A program made the translations under genes and the position numbers. From a virus (lineage: Duplodnaviria > Caudoviricetes): DNA of 35,859 nucleotides. Shown piece by piece: positions 34,234-35,859 of the stretch. Location of the stretch: positions 1-35,859 of the IMG/VR virus record IMGVR_UViG_3300027265_000050; one strand, 5' to 3'. The notes under the pieces were generated by a model that had not been told where the DNA came from, searched no databases, and saw only the letters and a program-made list of their open reading frames with translations. The first letter of the stretch is position 1, and every line of letters begins with the position of its first letter.

Positions 34234-35357
34234 GAATTGAAATTAACCATACCTGTGCCAATTATGACACGTACAGGGCGGAGAGAGTGAAGTCATTATT
34301 TAATGCCGAAACGGGATATGCCTGGTCGCATACGGCAGAGCTTCCTATTGAGGAAATGAACTGGAGCATCGGGCTGATAGTTGGCCCGTCAGGATCAGGA
34401 AAGACAAGCCTGGGAAACGCAATATTTCCCGGTACCGGAATTCATGATCTGTACTCGGGCTGGCCAGCAGATAAACCGATAATTGAGGCGATCCTTCCTG
34501 AAGGGGACTTTAATGAAGTGTCCGCATCTCTAGCATCTGTAGGGCTCGGCGATGTGCCTTCATGGCTAAGACCGTTCCGGGTGCTTTCGAATGGTGAGCA
34601 ATTCAGGGCAGGACTGGCAAGGCTGATGTGCGATAGCGAGGAGCACGTTGTTATTGATGAGTTCACCTCAGTAATTGACAGGCAAATCGCTAAAGTAGGT
34701 GCAGCGGCATTCGGCAAGAGCTGGAAGCGAACCGGTAAGAAGGCAGTGCTATTAAGTTGCCATTATGATATAATTGAGTGGTTGCAACCGGATTGGATTT
34801 ACGATACAAAGGAGGCGCGGTTTTACAGCCGTGACTGCCTTCGGCAACGGCCAGAGATTACAATCGACATTTACCGAGTTCCGGGAACGAAATGGAACTA
34901 TTTTAAGCCGCATTATTATTTAGACCTTCCCTACCCGGTAGCGGCTCAATACTTCATTGCCTTTGTGGGCGATGAGCCGGTTGCTCACCTGGCAGTCTGC
35001 CCAATGTTTCAGGGCGGCCACTACCGGGCAACCCGGCTGGTGGTTATGCCGGAGTGGCAGGGGATAGGAGTTGGAACTGCCTTCCTGAATGAGGTGTGCC
35101 GATTGCACCTGGAGGGACACGGCAGAAACGGGCATAAGTTCACAACGCTGTTTCACACTTCGCACCCGCAGCTGTGCTTTGCGTTGAGACGATCAAATAA
35201 GTGGGTACAGGTAAGCGGAGCATTAAAATTTGACAACAAATCAAAATCAATAAAAACTTTAGGAGCCGCCGCCGAGGCTAAAGGAGAGAAAAAGAAATCG
35301 GGCGGATTCGGGGGCCATTTCAGGGCCATACAGGGGTTTAAATATGTAGGAGGATAA
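34230..35357 (+). CDS. ABC-type ATPase fused to a GNAT (Mom-like) acyltransferase; putative DNA modification enzyme
   Basis: Walker A GPSGSGKT, signature LSNGEQ, Walker B VVIDEF, H-loop SCH; GNAT motif A RLVVMPEWQGIGVG; no TM partner; position of Mu mom. Confidence 0.82.
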   Translation: MRIEINHTCANYDTYRAERVKSLFNAETGYAWSHTAELPIEEMNWSIGLIVGPSGSGKTSLGNAIFPGTGIHDLYSGWPADKPIIEAILPEGDFNEVSASLASVGLGDVPSWLRPFRVLSNGEQFRAGLARLMCDSEEHVVIDEFTSVIDRQIAKVGAAAFGKSWKRTGKKAVLLSCHYDIIEWLQPDWIYDTKEARFYSRDCLRQRPEITIDIYRVPGTKWNYFKPHYYLDLPYPVAAQYFIAFVGDEPVAHLAVCPMFQGGHYRATRLVVMPEWQGIGVGTAFLNEVCRLHLEGHGRNGHKFTTLFHTSHPQLCFALRRSNKWVQVSGALKFDNKSKSIKTLGAAAEAKGEKKKSGGFGGHFRAIQGFKYVGG

Positions 35358-35358
35358 A

Positions 35359-35859
35359 ATGGTAATAAAGATACTTGGCGAGCGCGAAACACTCGCTTAT
35401 AGGACGGTTGAGGCCTTAATCAAGCGTTTAGGCCATGCCGTACATGACAACTCATACTTTTACTGCGATCTTTCGGTTGCGCCGCTTCTGACTAAGAAGT
35501 TAACCGACTGGGAGCTGCTGGAGCCCATAAAGGGAACCTTAATATTTCATCCTTCACCTTTGCCACATGGCAGAGGCCCCAGCGCAATCAGATGGGCATA
35601 TGCCAGGAAGGAGCCATTGACAGCAGCCACCTGGTTCTGGGCTAATAGTGAATATGACGGTGGCGATGTATGCGAAATGGAAATACTTGCAATTGATTAC
35701 TCGATGAGGCCGAAGGACTACTATGAGTCACACATGCTACCCGCCCTTGAAAGAACGTTGCAACGGTGTTTAATTAGTATTTCAAGAGGCTTTGAAAGGC
35801 GTGTGCCACAGATGGCTCAGTATGCGACTTACGATTCAAGATTTAATCCAGACAGGTAA
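35359..35859 (+). CDS. Formyltransferase (Fmt/PurN-like N-terminal domain only)
   Basis: FHPSPLPHGRGPSAIRWA and YDGGDV match the HPSLLP..RG and D-x-G motifs. Confidence 0.85.
   Translation: MVIKILGERETLAYRTVEALIKRLGHAVHDNSYFYCDLSVAPLLTKKLTDWELLEPIKGTLIFHPSPLPHGRGPSAIRWAYARKEPLTAATWFWANSEYDGGDVCEMEILAIDYSMRPKDYYESHMLPALERTLQRCLISISRGFERRVPQMAQYATYDSRFNPDR

Larger units (their letters stand above)
1..35859. mobile_element. Mu-like transposable prophage (myovirus-type tail), Bacteroidota host; ends not visible
   Basis: Repressor, DDE transposase and MuB-like ATPase at left; Mu-type portal/MuF/neck genes; sheath, tube and baseplate genes; modification cassette at right. TAnnTTTG motifs precede several genes. 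Confidence 0.93.

Noticed and set aside
1-35859. CRISPR array, DGR, invertible segment, stop-codon reassignment, or Mu-type TG...CA ends
   Set aside because: No repeat-spacer array, reverse transcriptase or recombinase seen; core genes are intact in the standard code and use TAG as stop; the ends are probably outside the window.

Overview
A nearly complete Mu-like (transposable), contractile-tailed prophage of a Bacteroidota host. The host is inferred from repeated TAnnTTTG promoter motifs and A-rich start regions without Shine-Dalgarno sequences. Order: immunity switch (repressor / Ner-like), DDE transposase and two AAA ATPases, small early and accessory genes, an antirepressor cassette, an inverted packaging/neck module (terminases, portal, MuF), then protease/scaffold, capsid, lysis, tail/baseplate/fibre genes, and a terminal DNA-modification-like cassette (ABC-ATPase-GNAT plus formyltransferase) at the position of Mu mom. 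The window starts and stops at ORF boundaries, and no transposon ends were recognised. Best candidates for new biology: (1) a -1 frameshift signal (A_AAU_UUU plus hairpin/pseudoknot) that would fuse the portal to MuF and its C-terminal PD-(D/E)xK nuclease domain; (2) a ~70-nt sRNA with its own promoter and terminator, located where that toxin's immunity gene would normally be; (3) tRNA-like RNAs without a normal anticodon loop; (4) a structured leader in front of the acyl/formyl modification genes. All family calls come from motif recognition and gene order, not database searches.
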